A DNA stretch of 64,000 bases from Eledone cirrhosa (Eukaryota). Below, piece by piece: positions 42,600-56,249 of the stretch (position 1 is its first letter; each line of letters starts with the position of its first letter). The notes beneath the pieces are model-generated. The model was not told the origin of the DNA and ran no database searches. It saw nothing but the letters and a program-made list of their open reading frames with translations. The DNA lies in contig OZ024740.1 in assembly GCA_964016885.1 (NCBI GenBank), positions 345,960,001 through 346,024,000 of the forward strand. The letters run 5' to 3'. Position numbers and translations under genes: made by a program.

Positions 42600-43490
42600 C
42601 AGCGTGTGTTCTTGTTAGTATGGTTACACCACATCAATATCCATGGATGTCGCACATCCTTGCAGCAATTTTATAGGCCACCATAGAGTTTTAGCATACA
42701 ATTTTGAATGGATTGTACCAATCCCATCAACTCTATCTTCCACTGACATGATTTAAACTACAAAATTATGAAGAATGTGCACCCAAGTAGACCAAGTGTG
42801 GTTCGAATTGATAGCAATTTAACCAGATCACCGTAGTTTATTGAAGCGATCTAGCTTTTGAAAATGAAGTCGCAATACGCTGCAATATGATTCGCCGCCA
42901 TGCAGAGATATTCGAACTTATCGAAGGATTTTGATTGATTCAACTTAATCAGGACTACAAGTAGACCAAGTGTGGTTCGAATTGATAGCAATTTAACCAG
43001 ATCACCGTAGTTTATTGAAGCGATCTAGCTTTTGAAAATGAAGTCGCAATACGCTGCAATATGATTCGCCGCCATGCAGAGATATTCGAACTTATCGAAG
43101 GATTTTGATTGATTCAACTTAATCAGGACTACAAGTAGACCAAGTGTGGTTCGAATTGATAGCAATTTAACCAGATCACCGTAGTTTATTGAAGCGATCT
43201 AGCTTTTGAAAATGAAGTCGCAATACGCTGCAATATGATTCGCCGCCATGCAGAGATATTCGAACTTATCGAAGGATTTTGATTGATTCAACTTAATCAG
43301 GACTACATTTAAATCAAGTTTACTACATATCATCTTTATGATATACCGTACGAATGGATGGCTGCCATGAATAAACATATCGAGAATCATGGAAATCTGC
43401 ACCTGACCAAATATGCTATCGACAACAAGCATGAACCTATTCATAAGGGCATCATCAACAAATAGAAATAGCTTATAAAACAGATTTAAA
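42600..43490 (-). mobile_element. old Tx1/L1 RT remnant containing a triplication
   Basis: RFMLVVDSIFGQVQ..FVRYII..VLIKLNQSKSFDK aligns with RLALVVDNLVG..MRYII..ALINLDQSKEIDR at about 29.9-30.1 kb. Confidence 0.65.
42784..43307. repeat. tandem repeat, 174 bp x3, apparently identical
   Basis: gtagaccaag at 42787, 42961 and 43135. Confidence 0.95.
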
Positions 43491-43549
43491 ACTTCTCGCT
43501 TGCTGGACTGGTAATAGAAGAACATGGAGGGTGATTTAACAGGCATAAA

Positions 43550-43608
<59 letters not shown>

Positions 43609-44455
43609 TGGGGGGGGGGTCAGGCATATAAATAAATATAATAATCTGAAAAAAGAATTGTAGGCAAGACAAGTTATTGAAAGAGAATATGAATTCAAAA
43701 TCAAAGGAAACTTAACTAATACAGTGAATGTTGGGGGTGAACAGCACAATTGTAGAAAACATGAATAAATCAGTAAAAAAAGAAGAGAAACGGACAAAAA
43801 ATGTATTTAGTCGAAAAAGTCTATTACATCGCTTCTTTCTGCAAATTGTTTACAGCCTTTTAAGTTGAAAAATAAATGTTTGAACATAAATTACTGAAAA
43901 TATCGTATGATAAAATATTTAAATAAAAACAAATATTAAGAAGAAATTTGTAATGATATCTTTATATCCCAATAGCATACGAGGCGTTAAATGTACACGT
44001 GTGTGTAGAAAAAATATAAACTGAACGAAACTAAAAAATATTAACAGAATAGGCTTACAAAATTTGGCTGCACAAAAGTAGAAAGTATTGAAAAAAAGAT
44101 ATCGAAAGTAAATAAAAATAAAGAGGGGTTATATTCTTTAGATAAAATGAATTGAGAATTATAGTGGTGAAAATGAAAGAAAAAAGAATAGAAAAATGAA
44201 ATAAATAAATAAAAAATATATATTTTGGTGAAAGCGGTGCTAATGTTGGTGTTGAAAGACGTGATTGTGTTTGAGCCGATGAGGAGTATAGTTGGTGATC
44301 GTGAATTGGTTGCGATTGTAATAATAAAGGTGTGGGTGGTGTTTGTAGGATTGAATATAATTTAAATTTTCAAACTTTAAACAGATAAATGTGGAAGTGA
44401 AGATATAAAACTACATATCAATAAGTACTAATTGGAAATAGCAGATTATATATAT

Positions 44456-44534
<79 letters not shown>

Positions 44535-44537
44535 AAG

Positions 44538-44719
44538 CGTAACCCCGACGACAGAGCTCAAGCCGTTTCGACGGCTATTTCTGGACCAGACATAGTCCGT
44601 CGAAACGGCTTCAGCTCTGTCGCCGGGGTTAAACTTTTTCCTATTGCCCACTCTACTACACTAAGTATTGAGTACGCTGGTGCGTTATGGTCCATCTAGT
44701 TCCTTACGACACCTCCTTC

Positions 44720-44722
<3 letters not shown>
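44538..44722 (+). mobile_element. solo PLE terminus with inverted hammerhead 3' halves
   Basis: Homologous to 37891-38018; aaccccgacgacagagctcaagccgtttcgacgg is inverted against ccgtcgaaacggcttcagctctgtcgccggggtt. Confidence 0.8.
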
Positions 44723-44812
<90 letters not shown>

Positions 44813-44874
44813 TAAAATAACAGATTAAAGTTTAAGCAAAGAATTGCTGCTTTCACCTTCAAATTTATTATTAT

Positions 44875-44916
<42 letters not shown>

Positions 44917-45633
44917 CCCAGCAGACAGGCAAATCAGAGTGGCCAGTGAAATAGAAGGCCAAAGCTAAACAGAAAAAAATGAATGGAATAACAACACCCA
45001 GACAAACAATACTGACCTAAGAGAAATATAAATAAATATATAAATAAATATATACACAAGCACAATAACAACAATCACCTGTAAACACACACTAGGAAAC
45101 TAAGATAGAATACAATAACCAAAACACAGTCACCCGAACGCGAACACACATCAAACACTATACACACACAAAAACGCATGCGCAGAGAAGAAGACAAAAA
45201 TAAATAAATAAATAAATAAATAAACATATTAAATAAAGATAGCGTAGACATACAATATAACATGGGGAAACATAATAGCACCACTGACGGTGTTGCAGAT
45301 GTGCAACGAAAAAACTTTGTTAGACTATATATATGTGTTTTTTGTCTATATTATATCTGTATTTTTGACCGTTGGTCAGTCAATGGTAAACATTGAGGAC
45401 CGAATAAATTAACTGATATAAAAGATACAGAAGCGAAAACCAACCAAACAGTGAGTGTGTCCTGTTATTAATTCTGGCAATATTATTACAACAATATGAC
45501 CCTCCCCAAGTATAACAATATTTGTTTCGACACACGATTTCATATAAAAAACCTCGCAAAACAAATACATCGCCGTCATGATATTATTCAAAATATTAAC
45601 AAATGAAGATATTCACATAATCAAAATATACGC

Positions 45634-45692
45634 TTTATTATATATATTTCGAAGGTACTGTGTTTTTTTCCAGTACGTCCTCGTCAGATAAA
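45634..45692 (-). ncRNA. type I minimal hammerhead ribozyme
   Basis: tttat-CTGACGA-ggacgtactg-loop-cagtaccttc-GAAA-tatata-TA-ataaa; same family as 38343-38403. Confidence 0.82.
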
Positions 45693-45744
45693 ATATATGA
45701 TTTGTTTTATGACACACACACACATATATATATATATATTTACA

Positions 45745-48700
45745 CAGATAAATCTACCACTCAATGGTAAGGTCCAAACCTTATAAAGAACTCAATGTAA
45801 TCAGTATGTAGAAGATGTTGTGAAGCAAAGTGTAAAATACAAAAATGTTATCAACGATATAATTCAATTGGATACAGAGTCAAAATAGAAATATTAAAAC
45901 AATGAAATTAAACACAAAACTGTTAATTCATAGTAAAACAAATTATGTTACGATCGTTTCTGGGGATAGTTCTCTTAAGAATCTTCCAAGTTAGGTTATA
46001 TTTAATATTCTTCTTTTTACAATTATTAATTGCTTCTGCTAAAGAAGTGGTATTTGCTAATTTTGTGTTTCGGAAACTGTGGGTGTGAGCATAAAATCTC
46101 GATTTAAATGGATTAGATGTGGATCCTATATAGGATTGATGAGAGTCTTTAGTGATGATTACACATTTATATAATATATTATTAATTAAGCAATTTCCAT
46201 TTAAGGGGCAATTATCTTTTATTCTACAATTACAACCGTTTGCATATAGGGTTTCAGAGGTGCTATCTGTATTCTCAATAATAGTGCTAGTATTTGTGTT
46301 TACCTTTTTTATTTTTGAGAGCAGGGTATACGGTAGGGTGGTTGTAATCCGAATTGTTGCTAGTTATTGAAATTATACTTGATATAGCGTTTATGGAATC
46401 ATGGTTGTTTTGGAAGCTATTAGTTAGATTGGGTATGTAAATCTTAGTCCCTATTAAGGATGAGGAAAATGGTAGTTAGTTGTAGTCTGCTATATTGTGC
46501 TGGTGGGATGAGTGAGCGAATCTATCAGGTGGGTATGCAGTAATATTCTGGTTGTGCGTTGTAGTATTACCATAGTTATCTTGTGTCAGGTGTGCTATTG
46601 TGTGTGGTATAGATGGAGCTTTTTTACATTTATTGATGTTATATGCACTTATTTTTTGTTGTATATTGCTTGATGTGGAGTAAGAAAATGTTACTGTATT
46701 TCTGTTTAAGATTTATGGTATTTGTGGTTAGGTGGGAAATGCTTATCGAGAATTGTAAAAAAATCTTTTAGGGATTTGGCCCATAGTTTGCAAGTTGAAT
46801 GGAGCGTTATAACATGTTACATTTCTTTTATGGTTTCTAAAATGTTTCCACTTTTTATATTTGGTATGTATAGAAGTTTGAGGGTAGATATTATTATCAG
46901 ATTAAATTATAACATTGTGATTGTTATTATCGGTGTGAACTAATTCTTTAGTAGATTTTTGAATTGTATTAGTTTTGATTTATTGCTTTTTGTTTGATTT
47001 GTAGAGGATATTGTGAGTTTTATTAATGGAACATTATTGAAAGGACCTGGAATTTCGATATCATTCTTGTTATATACGGTTGTTCGGATATGTTTCTCTA
47101 GTTGTTTGGTTGCAAGGGTGTAGTTTGGTTATGTTGAAGGTTCGATGAGATAGGTGATATATCATTAGGTTTATTGTGAGAAATAAGATATAAGGTGTTA
47201 TTATTAACTGCTTTTTTAAGATTAGTGGAGTTAGATGTTTTCGTATGGTTTGTAGTAATAATATTAGGTAAGTTATAGAAATATTCGAAATCGTTAGGAT
47301 TGACGATTTTTAGAGAATTTGTGTTATTCGTGTTAATGTGGACATTGGGAGTAATGGTAGGATCTAGGTGTTTCGCTGTTTCATTGCTGGAACTAACCTT
47401 TTGGTGTTTTCTACGGTGTTTCATGTTTATTGTTGGCTGTATGCTAGGGGTATTCATGGTGTTAGGTATGTACAATATTTTGTCTTTATAACCACTTCTA
47501 ACTAAAGCCTCATTATAATAAAGCGCATCTTTATAGAATATTTCTTCACTAGATGATAATTTAGATAGTCGGAGTGAGATATTGTAGACTAGATTTGTTA
47601 GTATGGAAGGTGGTTAGATAGTGAATGTATATAATGGAGGTTTGGGTTTGGTTTGTGGTAGGGTGGTAAGTGCCTGTTGATAGGTCTAAAGAGATGCCGA
47701 GGAAATTGACTATTTTAGTGATATTTTCAAAAGTAACCGTAAGATTATAGTAACTTTTGAGGAATTTTCTAATATGCTTTTGATTTCTCTCAATTGCTGA
47801 AAAAAACTCTAGTAAAATTCATGTCCACTCTGAAAAAACTGGTAACTTATACCATATGAACATTGATGAATAGAACTAATTCATTTATAAAGAATTAAGG
47901 AAGAACTATAAGAAGATCAGTAGTACAGCACCCATCTCGATAAACAATAAATGATACAACATAGTAAAGGAACTCAACATCGAAGATAGAACCATCCTTT
48001 CACACCAGAAAATCCACACTTTAATCTGAAAGATCATAAATCTGACTACAACTCGAACCCTTCGATTAGACTCATATACCCATCTAAGTCGGACATCGGA
48101 GTAATAAGCAAGAAGATTCTTGATAAAATTATCCCACAACTAAGGAAGCATGTAAAACTACCGCTATGGAAAAACACTTCCCAAGTTATCAATTGGTTCA
48201 CCTACATCAAAGATAAGCCCTCAGCTTCATTTCTCCAATTCGATATCAATGCATACTATTCATCAATATCCACCATTATACTGAACAAAGCATTAATTTT
48301 CACCAAAAATTGATCGAACTTAACTATGAATGAAATTAAGATCATCACACTCGCCAGACAAACTCTATTGGACTTCCAGGACGAGTATTGGACTAGAAAT
48401 ACTTATAGTGATTTATATGATGATACTGTGGGCCTCTTCCCCTTACACAATTTGAATTCCTCTTTTCCCCACCTCAATGGTGGTCTATATCGCGATGACT
48501 GTCTTCTTCCAGCTAATAATCTTAGTCTATCAGCAATTGAGAACAATAAAAAGCATATTAGGAAATTCCTCAAAAATTACTATAATCTTACGGTTACTTT
48601 TGAAAATAGCACTAAAATGGTCAATTTCTTCGACATCTCTTTAGACCTATCAACAGGCACTTACCAACCCTACCACAAACCAAACCAAAACCTCATTATA

Positions 48701-51110
48701 TATATTCACTATCTAACCACCCTAGTTCCATACTAAAAATTCTAGTCTACAATATCTCACTCCGACTAGCTAAATTATCATCTAGTGAAGAAATATTCTA
48801 TAAAAATGTACCTTATTATAATGAGGCTTTAATTAGAAGTGGCTATAAAGATAAAATATTGTACATACCTAACACCATGAATACCCCTAGCATGCAGCCA
48901 ACAATAAGCAACAAACACCGTAGAAAACACCAAAAGGTTAGTGCCAGCAATGAAACACAGAAAAACCTAGATCCTACCATTACTCCCAATATCCACATTA
49001 ACACGAATGGCAAAAATTCTCTAAAAATCATCAATGCTAACGATTCTGAATACTTCTATAACTTACCTAATATTATTACTACAAACCGTGCGAAAACACC
49101 TAACTCCACTAATCTTAAAAAATCAGTTAATAATAACCCTTGTAACCAAAACACTAGAGAAACATATCCGAACTACCGTATATAACAAGCATGATACCGA
49201 AATTCCAGGTCCTATCAATAATGTTCCATTAATAAAACTCACAATATCCTCTACAAATCAAACAAAAAGCAATAAATCAAAACTAATACAATTCAAAAAT
49301 CTACTAAACAATTAGTTCACACCGATAATAGCAATCACAATGTTATAATTTCATCTGATAACAATATCTACCCTAAAACTTCTATACATACCCAATATAT
49401 TATGAGGAAACCTTTTAGAAACCATAAAAGAAATGTAACATGTTATAACGCTCCATTCAACTTGCAAACTATGGGCCAAATCCCTAAAAGATTTTTTTTA
49501 CAATTCTCGATATGCATTTCCCACCTAACCACAAATACCATCAAATCTTAAACAGAAATATAGTAACATTTTCTTACTCCACACCGAGCAATATACAACA
49601 AAAAATAAGTGCATATAACATCTATAAATGTAAAAAAGCTCCATCTATACCACACACAATAGCACACCACACACAAGATAACTATGGTAATACTACAACG
49701 CATAACCAGAATATTACTGCATACTCACCTGATAGATCCGCTCACTCATCTCACCAGCACAATATAGCAGACTACAACCAACTACCATCTTCCTCATCCT
49801 TAATAGGGACTAAGATTTACACACCAATCTAACTAATAGCGTCCATAAACGCTATATCAAGTATAATTTCACCTACTAGCAACAATTCGGATTACAACCA
49901 CCCTAACGTAAACCCTTCTCTCCCAACTAAAAAGGTAAACGCAAATACTAACACTGTTATTGAGAATATAGATAGCACCTCTGAAACCCTATATGCAAAC
50001 GGTTGTAATTGTAGAATAAAAGATAATTGCCCCTTAAATGGAAATTGCTTAATTAATAATATATTATATAAATGTGTAATCACCACTAACGACTCTAATC
50101 AATCTTATATAGGATCCACTTCTAATCCATTTAAATCGAGAGTTTATGCACGCACCCACAGTTTCCGAAACACAAAATTAGCAAATACCACTTCTTTAGC
50201 AGAAGCAGTTAATAATTGTAAAAAGAAGAATATTAAATATAACCTAACTTGCAAGATTCTTAAGAGAACTATATCTTATCAGGGCAATAGAAGGGAGTGC
50301 GGACTAAGTTCCCAAGACATTTTTGAAATTACTAAATAAAACACAAGAATTAATTTTAATATCTAACCATAAAATTAAAAGGACATTCAAAGATTATAAA
50401 TACAACTAAACAAATATAGAAAATGGTATAGGTGAATAAATGTGTGAGTATAGGTGTGTGTGTGAATATGTAGATCAGTGTGTGTATATGTATGTATATG
50501 CATAAATGTATGCCTATATATAAACATGTGTGAGTGTACATGTGTATATATTTTTTATATTATATACTTTTAGAACAAATTATTCCTCACATCAAAGAAA
50601 TAACTAACTTTTTAAGATTGTTCTATTCCATTCTACTTGATGTAACACACTAATCTCAGTACCCCTTTTCCTCCAACCGTAATCTTCTTTGACCATCAAC
50701 ACTTTTATATAAAATATGCCTAAATTCATTTACACTAGCAACTTTCATTTCTTTTCTTAAAAGACATTTGATCCATTGATGGCCTATTTATTCATCTACT
50801 ACCACACACGTTAAGGATTTATACTGCCCCTTTCCATTCTTAACATTAGTCAATTTCAACCTGGTTATAAAACCTTAATTATTCATATGTATGTTTTTTG
50901 TATTATTCAATAAACAAAACTCACTATTTCTGAAGACGGCGGCTAGTGAAGACGTATGTATCTTTTTATTACTATGATATTTTGTAATATGTTTTACATA
51001 GATCAATAATTGAATGAACATAGAGGGAGCTACCCCCCAGAAACGATCGTAAAATAATGAGTTTTACTATGAATTAACAATTTTGTGTTTAATTTCATTG
51101 TTTTCATATT
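45745..51110 (+). mobile_element. Nematis-type PLE with a 1.75-kb inverted duplication
   Basis: Plus copy 47805-51110 has KTGNLY, FDINAYYSSI, GGLYRDDCL, FFDISLDL, YHKPN, CYNAPF and CNCRIKDNCPLNGNCL..YIGST. About 45971-47741 is the reverse complement of about 48530-50273. Confidence 0.92.
50920..51061 (+). ncRNA. type I minimal hammerhead ribozyme in PLE pLTR
   Basis: ctcactattt-CTGAAGA-cggcggctag...ctacccccca-GAAA-cgatcg-TA-aaataatgag; same family as 32203-32338. Confidence 0.75.
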
Positions 51111-53126
51111 TATATATATATATATATAGATATATTTATTTACGTATAGCACGGAGAATATGTGCATAAATACACATGAACCGTGTTATATTATGACACA
51201 GTGCTGAGTATAAGTACCACAAACCTAGTCATACGAACAATCGGAATGCAATAGAGGGAGATCGGAGATGGTGAACAAGGAGGGGGTACATGTTGGGGTT
51301 GTTAAGCACCACAGCTAAATGCCAGAGCACAAGCAGATTTCACAAGATGCAGATACAATTGATGGGACACAAACGCAAAAAATACAGGCAATGGTTAAAA
51401 CATAATAAAAAATAATAATCAGATAATAAAAAAAAGATAATATAAAGAGATAAAAGGTAAAAAGGTAAACAATTTTTGTTTTTTAATTTAAAAAAAATAA
51501 AAGAAAGAAAAACAGAAAGAAGAAAAATGTTTCAAGCCCATAAATAAGCCAGAGGAATTTAAGCGCTGGTCCCTAATAAAATGAGTGAATAGGATCTAAG
51601 TAACTTATAGTTATATAAGCATTAGGAGGTCCTTATGGTACATCCAGAAAGAGCATAGTAATCAGAATCCCCGCCATGTTATACATATACAAGATATACT
51701 GGTGGGTACCCGAATTATGTAGCCAATGGGTGCCCCACAAGCATATAGGTAGGTATCACATAAGAGCAAGCCATACACAAGCAAATTAGGGTTATTACAG
51801 GATACAGCTGAGTATCACAAGTATATAGACAGGCACGACATAAAAAGCAAACTATGCACAAGCAAATCGGCGTTATTGTAAGATAGAGCTGTAGCAATCT
51901 TATTTTATTTACTGTAAAACCAACTGGCAAAGTTATTACACATGTATATTAACAGTATAGGCTAGACCAATCGGTTACATATTTCCCGAATGTCTAGGTT
52001 AAATAGAAATAGGATTGTCAGTAGAAAACTAATCCGTCTAAATAACACAGCATATGTAGATCGTTCAAAAGTACAAACTAGTTGGATATAAATTATCACT
52101 CAAACATAACATCACATCCAGTCACATGAATTACATGCTGGATTTATACATAAAAAAACCCTCTATGTATAAGATCCCAGGCCGTATATTATAATGTGTT
52201 CAAGATTCAGTTCCAGATTCAATCCAACCAAAGTCCCCACACACAACCCAGTCACGAACTCGTCAAAAACAATTTCTGTTAACAGCAGTTTCGATCCACG
52301 TGGGTAAACAATCTATACAAAACAGAAAAGAAAATAACACAAAGTGACCAAATCATTATATCCACCGGTTACGCTAGCATGCCTGCTAGGTGGGGTCAAA
52401 CCCGAACAACATACAGAGATTATAGAGATTATAAAAGACACGCCTACATACCACGTACATTTATAAATCTGGCTCAAGATAACATGTTATTTTGTTTATC
52501 GCCGCTAAGAGTATAGAAATGCACATCAGTTGATGACGTTTTTAGTCGTCAAGTAATGACGTAGCGTAAAGGTGGTAAATATATAAAGTTATATAAGGTT
52601 ATTTATAAATATATAAAGGTTATTTAATTCTGACTGCAAACAAAATAAAAAATAATAGATAAAATAATATTTAATCACCAACAGACCTCATACTAATTCG
52701 ACAGATTCGTGCTAAAAAAACTATATTGTTATTAAGTATTAATAGACTAGCTTTGTCTAGTCTATCACACTAAAGTTCATTAAAATTCGGTTTCTATATG
52801 AAAAGTCGAAAAGGCCGACGGTAGCATTACTTAAACTAAAATGGGGGAGTGTTCAACAGGAGTAAAGACCCAAGCTCCCACATAAATGGAACTCCTATAT
52901 TCCTAATGTGCAAGCACGGTGTTTTCAATCCCGGTATAACCTGTATGTATTACCAAGGGTGGGGAGTGGGCAGTGTACGCATGTCACGCATTAGTGAGGG
53001 TCAAATTACTAACTATATACGCTCCAATGGGTCTGTGGGACTAAGTCCACTGGGGCGAGTGGTGGAATTACCCTCCTCGTAATAGTAATAAGTTGTTGAG
53101 CTTATACTCAGCACTGTGTTTATTAA

Positions 53127-53170
53127 GCTCTGAGGATTGCTACCAACGGTATGGAGGAAACATTGTAAGC
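53127..53170 (+). ncRNA. minimal hammerhead ribozyme candidate
   Basis: gct-CTGAGGA-ttgctacc-aac-ggtatggag-GAAA-cattg-TA-agc; short stem I, imperfect stem II. Confidence 0.55.
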
Positions 53171-53220
53171 AAATAAAAACTGTTTGAGTATGTAAGCGTT
53201 CTTTGGTTTCTTTTACACAG

Positions 53221-53314
<94 letters not shown>

Positions 53315-53339
53315 GGTCTGTATGTCTGTGTGTGTTTGC

Positions 53340-53550
53340 CCTACGTAGGTTCCTTAGACGTTCCAATTCATACAATCAACGAAAATGGCTGCTTCTAAAA
53401 TTAGATTGCAGGTGGCTGAGCATTCCACGGTCCCATGTACCCTTAACGTAATTCTCAGGGTGTTCAGCATGACACAGTGTTCGACAAGGCGGCACTTTGA
53501 AATAACGATACACCAATTTATTGATAGCTAAATGAACTGAAGCAAAATCC
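53340..53550 (-). mobile_element. SINE fragment related to family A
   Basis: gtggctgagcattccac..tacccttaacgtaattctcaggg..gacacag..gacaaggc body ending in aactgaagcaa, similar to aactggagcaa at about 7677. Confidence 0.6.
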
Positions 53551-53591
53551 GTGCATCCATCCACAAACACGCACAATACACACACACACAC

Positions 53592-53701
<110 letters not shown>

Positions 53702-54683
53702 AAGAGACAGAGTGACAATTAGATATATAAATAGATACTTATTACACTAACTGTGGAGTTGTTTAGGTACAATGTTTCCCATTGGAAAGAGGAGTCAAAA
53801 GCACTATAGTATTTTATGCCTTTCACGGTAAATAATTAATTTTGCTTAACTGATGATAAAGTTCCTTTGGATTATACTATCGAAAGTTTAAACAAAGTGT
53901 AATATTAAGGCATTTAATAGATTTACGAACGTAGCATTTGACTTAAAGGAATGGATATTCCATAATATGTTTTAAAGACCCAATAAGAGAATAACAAATG
54001 TGAGCGATGAATGCAAACAATAGCATTCACATTTTCTAGGGAAAACGCTAAAATAAATGGAAGCTGAATATTGTAATTTAACATTTGTAAATGATAAAAA
54101 TAACTTTTATTTAGTAACTATAGTTATTTTACTATCTATACAAAAAATAACACAGAAAAATTAGTGAATTCATAGAAATATTATTATTAGACTATCCTTA
54201 AAGAGGACATTAACATTTATGTAAGCATACAACGGTAATAGGTTTATCTATAATAAAAAGATTTAGTGATTAGGAATATTGAAATAATTAAAAGTAGAAA
54301 TACAGAGGGGATGAACTACTTTAACATTGGGACTGTGACTATGACATAGAATAGTGTTAGTAATTATTATATATAGGATAATAAAAGTAAAATGTTAGAG
54401 TTTTTACGGGTGCATGTCTATGTATGTGTTTGACTGTATATGTTTATATACATATTGGTGAAGTAAAAATTAGAGTTCAATAAACATGTAAGTCGAAGAA
54501 GAGTCGGAGCAGATATGGATTTACACTTAGAGGTAGTCTATGAAAGTTATATGATTCTAATCTTCAAGGTGTTAATACAAATAAATAAGTAAACAAGGAT
54601 GTCATATGTATTCTTAATCAGAGTCAACATATTGTAAAATAAGAGTGAAACATTCTATGTAGATAAGAATGTATTATCTCATG

Positions 54684-54730
<47 letters not shown>

Positions 54731-54902
54731 TAGTAGTGACGCGCGTTTCGTTATTGTTCAGCTCAATGTTTGATCTGTATCGATCTAGCCCGACTCTGGA
54801 ATTAAAATCTCGCCGTGGTGTAATGACAGAATGCTCAATCTGGTGAACCTACAATGACTGGACGTTACATTACCTATGTATATATATATATATGTATGTA
54901 TG

Positions 54903-54944
<42 letters not shown>

Positions 54945-55614
54945 GAGAGAGAGAGAGAGAGACAGAGAGAACAGATAGATAGGTAGATGGATAAATGAGG
55001 GTATGAAATGAGATACGTAAATATATTGATGACCATCATCATCCTGGTGGTGATGAGGAGGACAATTTTGCAGAGGATGAAGTGGGGGTGGAGAGAACGA
55101 GGTGTATGATGAAAATGATGAAGATTTTGAAGATGATGAACACAATCCATATGATAATGATGACGACCATGAAGACTGCCAGAAAACCGAAATTGAATTT
55201 AAAATCCTATTGAATGTACTTAGTAGGACGAAGTTCTTGTAATTATTAATTAAGTAGTAGAAAACAAGAAAGCACTCAAAAATAAATCATAGTTTTTTAA
55301 AGCCTCGTCTTCATCATCATCATTACTATTGTAATCAACATCTTAATAATAGGCGTCGTTGTCATCGTTGTTGCTGTTATGGTACTTAAGACTCTGCCTT
55401 ACGCATAAACATATTACTCAATATGTGAGAAATTCATTCAACTGAACATATTCCATTTCTTTAGATTGGATATGGATTAAAATCAGAAAATATGTTTCGT
55501 ATATCCCTTAATTTATAATTGCATATTACTATATCTAATATTTTTCAATTATTTTTTTTATATCGTATCTAAAAATTCCATTTCTGGTTTGATATTTGTA
55601 TTTAATTATTTGCC

Positions 55615-56240
<626 letters not shown>

Positions 56241-56249
56241 ACACTATGT

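Noticed and set aside
45283-45325. CTGACGG-t-gttgca-gatg-tgcaac-GAAA motif
   Set aside because: A9 is mutated and stem I does not pair.
53851-53900. CTGATGA...GAAA-gtttaaac motif
   Set aside because: No NUH triplet and poor stems I and II.
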